From Arcobacter sp. (lineage in GTDB: Bacteria; Campylobacterota; Campylobacteria; Campylobacterales; Arcobacteraceae), in the NCBI GenBank assembly GCA_965662175.1, contig CBFIGT010000009.1:1-24569 (forward strand): a stretch of DNA of 24,569 bases, written 5' to 3'. The notes beneath the pieces are model-generated. The model was not told where the DNA came from and made no database searches. It was given only the letters and a program-made list of their open reading frames with translations. A program made the translations under genes and the position numbers. Positions 9,214-17,239 of the stretch are shown here, piece after piece; the stretch's first letter is position 1; each line of letters opens with the position of its first letter.

Positions 9214-9648
9214 ATGTTTAGTATAAGTTTCTATATTTTTTCACTGTTTTTGTCATATATTGATTACAAGAGTTTTAGAATACCAAATATAATTATTGCC
9301 ACAATGGCATTTTTCCTAATTGTATTTGGTATTTTTGAAGAGAAGATAGAGCTATTTTCATTTGTAATGCCTATTTTGGTTTTGCTATTTTTTATAGCTT
9401 TATTACTTTTAAATAAAAATGCTTCAGTTGGTGGTGGGGATATAAAGTACTATATGGTTATAGCACTTTATTTAAACCCTTTTTTGTTTGCAATTTTTTT
9501 GATTGTAACAGGATTGATGCAAACACTTGCATTGATTTTTAGACAATTTTTCCAAAAAAGAAGAGTTGTGGCTATGGGACCTGTAATTTTTGCTTCTGTA
9601 ATTATTACTGAGTTTTTAAACTATTTAGGAGTTATACCTAAGTTTTAA
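9214..9648 (+). CDS. tadV: Prepilin peptidase A24 (TadV/CpaA)
   Basis: Both catalytic Asp motifs are present (IDYKSFRIPN and GGGDIK). Short (144 aa), with no N-terminal Zn/methyltransferase domain, as in TadV. Confidence 0.9.
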   Translation: MFSISFYIFSLFLSYIDYKSFRIPNIIIATMAFFLIVFGIFEEKIELFSFVMPILVLLFFIALLLLNKNASVGGGDIKYYMVIALYLNPFLFAIFLIVTGLMQTLALIFRQFFQKRRVVAMGPVIFASVIITEFLNYLGVIPKF

Positions 9649-9665
9649 GTTATAAAGGTTGTATC

Positions 9666-10673
9666 ATGAAAAAAGCATTTATTGACCAAATTCTTCTTGG
9701 CTTTGTACTTTTTTCAGGAATATTTATCCTAATTGCTACTGTAAGTGATGATACAACTGTTAGAAACAAATACTATAACTTAAAAAAACTAAGTGACAAT
9801 GCAGCTTTATTTGCAGCAAATCATTATAATAAAAATGAAAATACCCAAGATGCCCAAGAGCTTGCAAAAGATATGTTAAGGGAAACTGCTCTTGGTTTAG
9901 AAGTTGTTGATAAAATTGATTTTATTTGGGATTTTGATAATTTACCAAATAGTGTGATTGCGAGAATTACAAATTATGAAGAAAATCTATTTTGGTATAG
10001 ACTTTTATCTCTAAATAGTTTTAATTTTGAAAATATTGAATCAAAAGCAAATATAACAAAAAGAGTATTAACAACTACTAGCAACTTTGCACCACTTGCA
10101 ATAAATAAATGTAATAGAGATGATTTAGTTGATCAAGCTGAACTTAGTTTTGAGTTTCATAGTTATAGTGAATTTTCAAACTATGATTTAAAAGCTTTTT
10201 ATGGGGTAACTAGTGAATGTACAAATCCAAGTGGTAACTCATTTTTTGCACACTATAAAAATATTTTTAATAATCCTACATTTGATGAGAATAATAACTT
10301 TTTTTCTGATTATAGTTTGGATGTTGAAGAGAGTGCTTTATGTTTGCCTGAAACAGATTTTGAAAATCCAAATACTGTTGACCCAAAACAACTTTATGAC
10401 AAACTAAAAAGATTTCCTATTGGCTCAAAAATGCAAATTGCCCTACTTGATTGTGATTCACTTGCAAGTAATATTAATGTAAATGAACTAATAACTGTTG
10501 AACTTTTAAGTGAGGCTTCTTGTACACAAGGATATTGGTCAAATAGTGAAAACTGGTTAAATAGAGTTTGGAATGAACAAAGTAATAGCTGCAATGGTGG
10601 AAACTATGATTATAAGTTATTAAAATTGGATTTAAAAATAGTTGATGAAAAGAAAATTATATTGGAATATTAG
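9666..10673 (+). CDS. TadG-like minor pilin / candidate adhesin
   Basis: Pilin-like N-terminus MKKA|FIDQILL, then a TM and LKKLSDNAALFAA (resembles the Tad-domain LQxAADxAALAAA). C-terminal domain has 6 Cys. Confidence 0.7.
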   Translation: MKKAFIDQILLGFVLFSGIFILIATVSDDTTVRNKYYNLKKLSDNAALFAANHYNKNENTQDAQELAKDMLRETALGLEVVDKIDFIWDFDNLPNSVIARITNYEENLFWYRLLSLNSFNFENIESKANITKRVLTTTSNFAPLAINKCNRDDLVDQAELSFEFHSYSEFSNYDLKAFYGVTSECTNPSGNSFFAHYKNIFNNPTFDENNNFFSDYSLDVEESALCLPETDFENPNTVDPKQLYDKLKRFPIGSKMQIALLDCDSLASNINVNELITVELLSEASCTQGYWSNSENWLNRVWNEQSNSCNGGNYDYKLLKLDLKIVDEKKIILEY

Positions 10674-10681
10674 GAAATATT

Positions 10682-12268
10682 ATGGAACTAAATGATTATA
10701 AATATATTTCAGATGTAAAAAAAGAGCTTCATTGCCAAGATGAGAGTATTCTTGAAATATTAAAACTTTTTGTATTGGTATCAAAACTACCTAAAATTGC
10801 CTTTTTAAAATATGATTCAAAATATAAATCTTTTAATTATAAATATAGTTTAGACTCAAATAAGATTTTAGAAGAGGATATATCATTAATAAATGCAAAA
10901 TATTCAAAAACACTCCAAATCGATGATATTATTTATGGAAAAATCGTATTTAATGAAGAGTTAGAAGAGACAATACTTATTAGCCAATTTTTAGAAAAAA
11001 TTACAAATGCTTTAAAAAAAGGTTTTGATATTGAAAATAGAATTTTATCAGAGGATGTTCCCCTTGATATTTTTATAGTTTCAGATAAACAGACAAAAGA
11101 TTTTTCAAAAAAACTAAAAGATAATTTACAATTAATTTTAAATGCTGAGATAAAAATAATATCTTCAATAGATGATATAAAAGAAAAGCTAAAAGTAAAA
11201 AATAGCAAAAGTCATATTATATATTGTGTAAAAAATGATGAACTTATAAAAGAGGACGAAATATATTTAAACTATTTAAATGAGTTTGTTATGGTAATAG
11301 GTCCAAATAATCATGCAATTTCACTAATTTGTGGGAAACTAAATATTCAAAAATATCTATCAATTGATGAGTTTTCTCCTCAAAAAGTAAAAGATATATT
11401 AATAGAGTATAAAAATACTATTTTAAATAAAGATAAACAAAAACATAAAATCATCTCTATAAATGGAATTTCAGGAGGAGTTGGAACTACAACAATAGCC
11501 ATGAATGTTTCTGATATGATTGCAAGTAATAATCCACAAAATAATGTGCTTTTTATTGATTTATCAACAACAAAAGCTGTGAGTAATATTTTTCTAACAC
11601 AAAATCCTTTACCTGATAAAACCATAATTGATTTAGTAAATATTGAAGAGTTTTCTATTCCTAAATATTTGGATAATGGATTAATGAAAATCAGTGAAAA
11701 CTTTTATAGTATAAATGGAATTCAAAAACATATTGATAGGGATTTAATGGAACAAGAGGTTTTTATAGAAAAACTTCTAAACTTTTTACTAAAATCAACT
11801 GAGTTTTTTAACTATATTATAATTGATACAGGTGAGGCTGATGCCTCAGCACTTAAAAGTACAGTTTATGATGTAGTTGATGATATTTGGGTTACTTTTC
11901 AAATGAATCTTCCACATATTTCAAAACTTAAAACATTTTATTCCCTTATAAAAAGAGCTGGACTTAAAGATAAACTGCTTTTTATGGTTAATAGATTTGA
12001 TTCTCAAAATGCCCTTTCAGTCACTGATGTTCAATCTATTTTAAATACCTCAAAAGATGATGATTTAAATTTTGAATTAAAAATACCAAATGATTATGAA
12101 AACTTAGGAAAATGTTGGAACTACTGTGAATTAGCAACAAAAAGTGCAAAAGACTCTATTTTTGTAAAAAAATTAGAGGAGATACTAGTTAAAAGAAATT
12201 TAATTATCAAAAATGAAAATGAGAAAAAAGAGAGATCAATATTTTCATTTTTTAAAAAGGATAAGTAG
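10682..12268 (+). CDS. tadZ: TadZ/CpaE-like pilus localisation ATPase with N-terminal extension
   Basis: ParA/MinD-like domain with degenerate Walker A GISGGVGTTT, VLFIDL, YIIIDTG and MVNRFD. Directly upstream of tadA. Confidence 0.8.
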   Translation: MELNDYKYISDVKKELHCQDESILEILKLFVLVSKLPKIAFLKYDSKYKSFNYKYSLDSNKILEEDISLINAKYSKTLQIDDIIYGKIVFNEELEETILISQFLEKITNALKKGFDIENRILSEDVPLDIFIVSDKQTKDFSKKLKDNLQLILNAEIKIISSIDDIKEKLKVKNSKSHIIYCVKNDELIKEDEIYLNYLNEFVMVIGPNNHAISLICGKLNIQKYLSIDEFSPQKVKDILIEYKNTILNKDKQKHKIISINGISGGVGTTTIAMNVSDMIASNNPQNNVLFIDLSTTKAVSNIFLTQNPLPDKTIIDLVNIEEFSIPKYLDNGLMKISENFYSINGIQKHIDRDLMEQEVFIEKLLNFLLKSTEFFNYIIIDTGEADASALKSTVYDVVDDIWVTFQMNLPHISKLKTFYSLIKRAGLKDKLLFMVNRFDSQNALSVTDVQSILNTSKDDDLNFELKIPNDYENLGKCWNYCELATKSAKDSIFVKKLEEILVKRNLIIKNENEKKERSIFSFFKKDK

Positions 12269-13854
12269 TGAGAAGTTTAAGAAAACTAATAGAGGAAGAA
12301 GAAGATAAAATCATTATAAATGAAGATGAGAATTTAGAAAACTCTATAAATAAAACAGAAGAGAAAATAAATAAAATCAAACAAAAAAGTTTTAGATTTG
12401 AGCTAAATTTTCCAGAGCTTTATCTTGATGAAAAACTATTAAATATTGCATATGTTATAAATGATAGTTTTATGCTAAACCTAAAATCTGATAAAAAAAT
12501 CACTAAAGAGAGTTTAGAAGAGGTTCTACCAGAATTTATTCTAACTTTTCCTGAAACAAAAAAACTCTCTAAAAATATATTAGAAGAGATTAAAAATTTT
12601 ATCATGAATAATCTAATTGGATATGGTCCTATTAGCACTATTTTTGATATTGCAAAAAATGGTTTAAATGATGTTATTGTAAATACAAAAGATTATATTG
12701 ATATTATTTATAATGGTAAAACAATACAAACACCATTTACTTTTAGAAGTGAAGAGGAGCTTAGAAAAGTTATTGATAAAATGCTTTCAGAAAATAATAG
12801 AAAAATAGATGAGGCTCATCCAATAATCTCTAGTAAATTAAATGATGGTTCTAGGGTTGAAGTTCAAATTCCACCAATTGCTGCAAATGATGGTTCATGT
12901 GTGACTATTAGAAAATTTAATGACCTTCCACTACTTTTAGAGTTTTTAATAGAGTCTGGTCAATTAGATTATAAAATGGCCTATTTTTTACTAAAAGTTG
13001 CCAAAGGAAAATGTAATATCATCGTCTCAGGTGGAACATCAAGTGGTAAAACAACATTTTTAAATGCAATAAGTAGATTTATTGATGACAATGAACAACT
13101 TATGGTAATTGAAGATACAAGAGAGATGCAACCTCAAATGCCCTGCCATAGTATTAGACAATATGAGTCTAGAATGGCAAATGAAGAGGGGAAAGGTGCA
13201 ATTACTCTTGATTTTTTACTCCGTTCTGCACTTCGGTCAAGTCCAAGAAGAATTATAGTTGGAGAGTGTAGAGGTCCTGAGATTGTCGTTATGTTAAATG
13301 CAATGAATACAGGACATCCAGGTTCTATGACTACAATCCATGCTGATAATACAAAAGAGGCAATAGTTAGGGTTGAAAATATGTATTTAGAAGCCAGACC
13401 TAGCTCAAACATAGGATTTATTAGAGCTCAAATAGCCTCAGCTATTGATTTAATAATTCAGCTTGTTCGTTTTCCTGATGGTAGTAGAAAAGTTATAAAA
13501 ATCTCTGAAGTTGAAAAAAGAATAGAAGATAATGGAGTTATGTCTTTAAATAATATCTTTGAATTCAAAAGAGATACAAGTGATATGAAAAAAACAAAAG
13601 GAACTTTTGAAATAGTTTCAACTCCAACTAGAACTATTGAGCAAATGAATATGTTTGGTGTAGATATTGATACAAGAGTATTTGACCCAAAATTTGAGAT
13701 GACAAAAGCTATGTTAATTGAGGAGTTAGAAAAAGATTTACCTGATAAGATGTGTGGATGGAGAGATGAGTTTTTAAATATATTTTTAGAAAAAGATCCA
13801 TCACTTCTACATAAATGGCCACATTTCCAAAATATGAAATTTTCAAGGGCGTAA
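12268..13854 (+). CDS. tadA: TadA/CpaF pilus assembly ATPase
   Basis: GYGPI, Walker A GGTSSGKTT, IEDTRE, Walker B RIIVGECRG and AMNTGHPGSMTTIHA. GTG start overlaps the tadZ stop. Confidence 0.95.
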   Translation: MRSLRKLIEEEEDKIIINEDENLENSINKTEEKINKIKQKSFRFELNFPELYLDEKLLNIAYVINDSFMLNLKSDKKITKESLEEVLPEFILTFPETKKLSKNILEEIKNFIMNNLIGYGPISTIFDIAKNGLNDVIVNTKDYIDIIYNGKTIQTPFTFRSEEELRKVIDKMLSENNRKIDEAHPIISSKLNDGSRVEVQIPPIAANDGSCVTIRKFNDLPLLLEFLIESGQLDYKMAYFLLKVAKGKCNIIVSGGTSSGKTTFLNAISRFIDDNEQLMVIEDTREMQPQMPCHSIRQYESRMANEEGKGAITLDFLLRSALRSSPRRIIVGECRGPEIVVMLNAMNTGHPGSMTTIHADNTKEAIVRVENMYLEARPSSNIGFIRAQIASAIDLIIQLVRFPDGSRKVIKISEVEKRIEDNGVMSLNNIFEFKRDTSDMKKTKGTFEIVSTPTRTIEQMNMFGVDIDTRVFDPKFEMTKAMLIEELEKDLPDKMCGWRDEFLNIFLEKDPSLLHKWPHFQNMKFSRA

Positions 13855-13856
13855 AA

Positions 13857-14789
13857 ATGTTTGATAATACTATTCTAGCTTTAATATTTATTATTCCAAT
13901 ACTATTTATAGTAACAGCATTTTTCATATATCAATATTATGACAAAATGAATAAACAAAAAACAATAATAAATATTTTATCTGAAAATAGTAATGAAATA
14001 ATTGATAAGAAAAAAAATAGAAAAATAGAGAGTAATATAGAGTTAAGTTGGCTCTCTAAAAAACTTCTTTCAGCAGGTTTTACCTCTTCATATGCTCAAA
14101 ATATCTTTATATTTATCTCTATAAGCTTTGGTTTATTAAGTGGAGTATTTGCCTTATATATTATAAAATCTCCCATTGCTTTTATTTTAATATTTATAAT
14201 ATTTTCATTTTTTCCTCTTTTACTTATAAAAAAACTTATTGCTTCAAGGGAAGAGGAGTTTAATTTTGGATTAAAAGCAATCATAGATAAAGTTACAAGT
14301 ATGATGAAAAGTGGAGTTGGATTTGAACAGGCTTTAAAAAAATCTGTTTTAACATCACGTTCAAAACTAACTAAAGATATTTTCAATATTTATTTAAATG
14401 AAAAAGATGTAATAGGTGAACAAAAAGCATTTGAAAAAATGTTTAAATTAATCCAATCAAAAGAGTTGAAAATATTTTATCTAACTATCTCAATAGGAAG
14501 ACAATCAGGTGGTAAATTTTCTAATACCTTAGAAAAACTAAGAAAAACACTTAGAGACCAAGGTGAAATAAAACAAGAGATTACCTCATCAACAAAAGAG
14601 ATAAAAATAGGAAGTTATATGATTATTGCTCTACTTATTTTTATTTATATTATGATGAATAATGCACTTGATGGAGCAATTCATCATCACTTTTTTACTA
14701 CAGCAAGTGGAAAACTTCAAATGTTATTTATAGTTTTATGGGTTAGTTTAGGTCTTTTTGTTAACTCATTAATGACAAAGGTTAAATGA
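13857..14789 (+). CDS. tadB: TadB (T2SSF-domain) inner-membrane platform protein
   Basis: Motifs MKSGVGFEQAL and GRQSGGKFSNTLEKL. Start placed at ATG 13857 just after the tadA stop; the ORF-track start 13815 overlaps tadA. Confidence 0.88.
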   Translation: MFDNTILALIFIIPILFIVTAFFIYQYYDKMNKQKTIINILSENSNEIIDKKKNRKIESNIELSWLSKKLLSAGFTSSYAQNIFIFISISFGLLSGVFALYIIKSPIAFILIFIIFSFFPLLLIKKLIASREEEFNFGLKAIIDKVTSMMKSGVGFEQALKKSVLTSRSKLTKDIFNIYLNEKDVIGEQKAFEKMFKLIQSKELKIFYLTISIGRQSGGKFSNTLEKLRKTLRDQGEIKQEITSSTKEIKIGSYMIIALLIFIYIMMNNALDGAIHHHFFTTASGKLQMLFIVLWVSLGLFVNSLMTKVK

Positions 14790-15622
14790 TGAATATATTT
14801 ATAATATTATTACCAGTTATTTTGGTTATTTTTTCACTTCTTGTTTGGTTTATCTATGATAGACAACAAAAACAAAAAAATATAATCTTACTATCAAAAC
14901 TAGATAATTTAACAATTATTGATAAACAAAATGAAGAAAAAAAAGAGAATAATGTTAATTTTAACCTAAAACTAATACAAGCTGGAATCACTTATAAAGA
15001 GTATAACGAGGGCAGATTAGCATTTTTAGTTTTGGGTTTAGTTTTGATTTTTGCTCTTCCAATATTTTTTAGTTTTACTATTGGTTTATTTGGAATTTTT
15101 ATTGGACTAATCTCTATTTTTTTTGGCGGAAAAATATATCTTATGATTTCAAAAGCAGAAAGAGTTGAAAAAATCAATAAAGACCTAGGTGTATTCTTGG
15201 ATTTAATCAATGTAATTTTAGAAGCAGGTGGTAGTTTAAAAAATGCATTTTTCCAAGTTTCAAGACGAGCCCATGGAATTATTGATGAAGAGTTATTAAA
15301 AGAGATAGCTATTTTAGAGTATGAAATGACAAACTACTCTACAAAAAAAGCTTATGAAAATCTCAAAAAAAGAGTTGACTCTGAGGATATGGACAAAATA
15401 GTTGACTTTTTGATTTTAAGTGAAGAGACGGGGATTGGTGTAAAAAATATTTTTTCAACTCAAAGTGAAGAGATGAGACAAGAAAAATTTTACCAAATAA
15501 AAGGAAAAGTAAATACATTAAATATGTATCTTATGGTTATTATTTTTGTATTTGTACTTCCAGCTTTAGGAGCATTTATAGTGTTTCCTATGATGGCTGG
15601 TAATTTAAAACTTGGAATTTAA
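14786..15622 (+). CDS. tadC: TadC (T2SSF-domain) inner-membrane platform protein
   Basis: Motifs LIQAG, FLDLINVILEAGGSLKNA, SEETGIGV and FVLPA. ATGA overlap with tadB. Confidence 0.88.
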   Translation: MMNIFIILLPVILVIFSLLVWFIYDRQQKQKNIILLSKLDNLTIIDKQNEEKKENNVNFNLKLIQAGITYKEYNEGRLAFLVLGLVLIFALPIFFSFTIGLFGIFIGLISIFFGGKIYLMISKAERVEKINKDLGVFLDLINVILEAGGSLKNAFFQVSRRAHGIIDEELLKEIAILEYEMTNYSTKKAYENLKKRVDSEDMDKIVDFLILSEETGIGVKNIFSTQSEEMRQEKFYQIKGKVNTLNMYLMVIIFVFVLPALGAFIVFPMMAGNLKLGI

Positions 15623-15632
15623 AGGATTTAAA

Positions 15633-16793
15633 ATGAGATTTAATAAAAACTTAGCAATTATTATGGTTTTAGTTTCACTACTACTATCAGCACTTATGCT
15701 CTCTTTTTATTTATATAACTTAAATAAAAAAACTGCTCAAAAAAACAATCAATTAGTTAGTGTTTATATTGCAAAAACTGATATTGAGAAAGACTCTATT
15801 ATAAAAGAGGAAAATCTCTCACAAACACAAATCGCAAAACAGTTCTTGTTAAATAAACCTCTTACAAAAAATGAGATTTTGGCAAAATATACAAAAGAGA
15901 AAATCTATAAAAATGAGATTTTTATAAAAGAGAAATTATCAACAAAAATAGAGCATGAAAAATCATATTTATTGGATTATAAATATAGCTCTTATAATAT
16001 GCCTTTTACTCTTTTTCAAAATCCAAACTATACTTTAAATCCAAATGATAAAATCAATATCGTTTCTGTTTATGTAAAAGAGAATACTCAAATAAAAAAA
16101 GATGAAACAAATCAATATAGTGTTCAATATATAGCTTCAAATATAAATGTCTTAGGTTTTATTAGAGAGGGGAAAGCTAGTGATAAAACAATTGAGAGAC
16201 GGCTTATTAAAAAAGTTGTTAAGAAAAAAGTTATAGAAGAAGAGATAGAGATAAAAGCTGAAGAGCTTGTATTAGACCTGCCTAAAAAAGTTTTATTAAA
16301 TATTTTAAATGATTATAATAAAGGGAAACAACTTTGGATGAGTATTGCAAAAGATGGTACTCCTAACACTAATATTGAAAATAAAAAAACTGAAGAAACT
16401 CCAAAAAAAGAGATAGTTGTTAAAAAAAGTTCAAAACCAAAAAACTATCCAATAATTTGGTATAAACCTCAAAATAACTATATAACTAAAACAGCCACAA
16501 TAGAGTATGCAAATGACCCAAAACTTAAAAAATCAAAAACAACTACAATAAAAAATAGTTTAGAAAATAGTTGTTCTCAAAAAGAAAAACTACTGCTTGT
16601 AAAATCATTTAGAGCAAATATAAGAAATGGTGCTTCTTTAGAGAGTGAGATTTACAAAACCGTATCAAAAAACTATGTTTTACCATATATTTATAAAATA
16701 GGTTCTTGGTATAAATTGTGTGATAATAGATATATTCATAAAAATATTGTTAATGAAATATCTTTAATGGACTTAAATAAAAAAGAGAAATAA
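15633..16793 (+). CDS. rcpC: RcpC/CpaB alignment protein (SAF + RcpC) with C-terminal SH3b-like domain
   Basis: N-terminal TM, SAF-like VYIAKTDIEKDSIIKEENL, RcpC-like LNPNDKINIV...NINVLG, and tail ANIRNGAS...GSWYKL...YIH. ATG 15633 follows an AAAGGA SD. Confidence 0.75.
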   Translation: MRFNKNLAIIMVLVSLLLSALMLSFYLYNLNKKTAQKNNQLVSVYIAKTDIEKDSIIKEENLSQTQIAKQFLLNKPLTKNEILAKYTKEKIYKNEIFIKEKLSTKIEHEKSYLLDYKYSSYNMPFTLFQNPNYTLNPNDKINIVSVYVKENTQIKKDETNQYSVQYIASNINVLGFIREGKASDKTIERRLIKKVVKKKVIEEEIEIKAEELVLDLPKKVLLNILNDYNKGKQLWMSIAKDGTPNTNIENKKTEETPKKEIVVKKSSKPKNYPIIWYKPQNNYITKTATIEYANDPKLKKSKTTTIKNSLENSCSQKEKLLLVKSFRANIRNGASLESEIYKTVSKNYVLPYIYKIGSWYKLCDNRYIHKNIVNEISLMDLNKKEK

Positions 16794-17230
16794 TGAAAAC
16801 AGAAAAAAATAGTACAAAAGCTGCTTATGTAGAAAATATCATTTTATGGATTGTTCTATTTGTAGGATTTGTAACACTATTCTTTTTTATTGTTGAGTAT
16901 TCTGTTACAGTTAAAGTAATAGATAAAACTGATTCATTAAGTGATTATGGAGCTAGAGCTATATCTTTAGGAAATAGTGAAAGTGATGTAGTAAATGGTT
17001 TAAATCAAATAAAAGGTGATAGTTTTAACACTATTACTATTGATAATTTAACATGTAGTGAAAATGTAGGAGTTGAAAACTATCAAGTTATTTTTAATAC
17101 TTATACAACGTATGCAAACAATTTTTTAGTTGGTCAAGGGGAAAATAACATTCATGCAAAAAGTGTTGTTTTTAATGAAACAAGCAGTACTGAAAAAGTC
17201 TGTAATTTATATATTACTATTGGAAATTAG
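16793..17230 (+). CDS. TadE/TadF-like minor pilin
   Basis: KAA|YVENIIL plus TM, then SDYGARAISL (TadE GAR motif). Two Cys. TAATG overlap with rcpC. Confidence 0.72.
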   Translation: MKTEKNSTKAAYVENIILWIVLFVGFVTLFFFIVEYSVTVKVIDKTDSLSDYGARAISLGNSESDVVNGLNQIKGDSFNTITIDNLTCSENVGVENYQVIFNTYTTYANNFLVGQGENNIHAKSVVFNETSSTEKVCNLYITIGN

Positions 17231-17239
17231 GAGTTTATC

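Noticed and set aside
13815..13856. ORF-track starts at 13815 (tadB), 15612 (rcpC), 1113 (alaS) and 24347 (pheA)
   Set aside because: Downstream ATGs at 13857, 15633 and 1125 fit SD position and gene packing better. The pheA frame is open past the window edge.
14010..14017. Phase-variable homopolymers (A8 in tadB, rcpA and the AEC start)
   Set aside because: A/T runs of this length are common at this AT content, and the frames are intact. No long poly-G/C tracts were seen.
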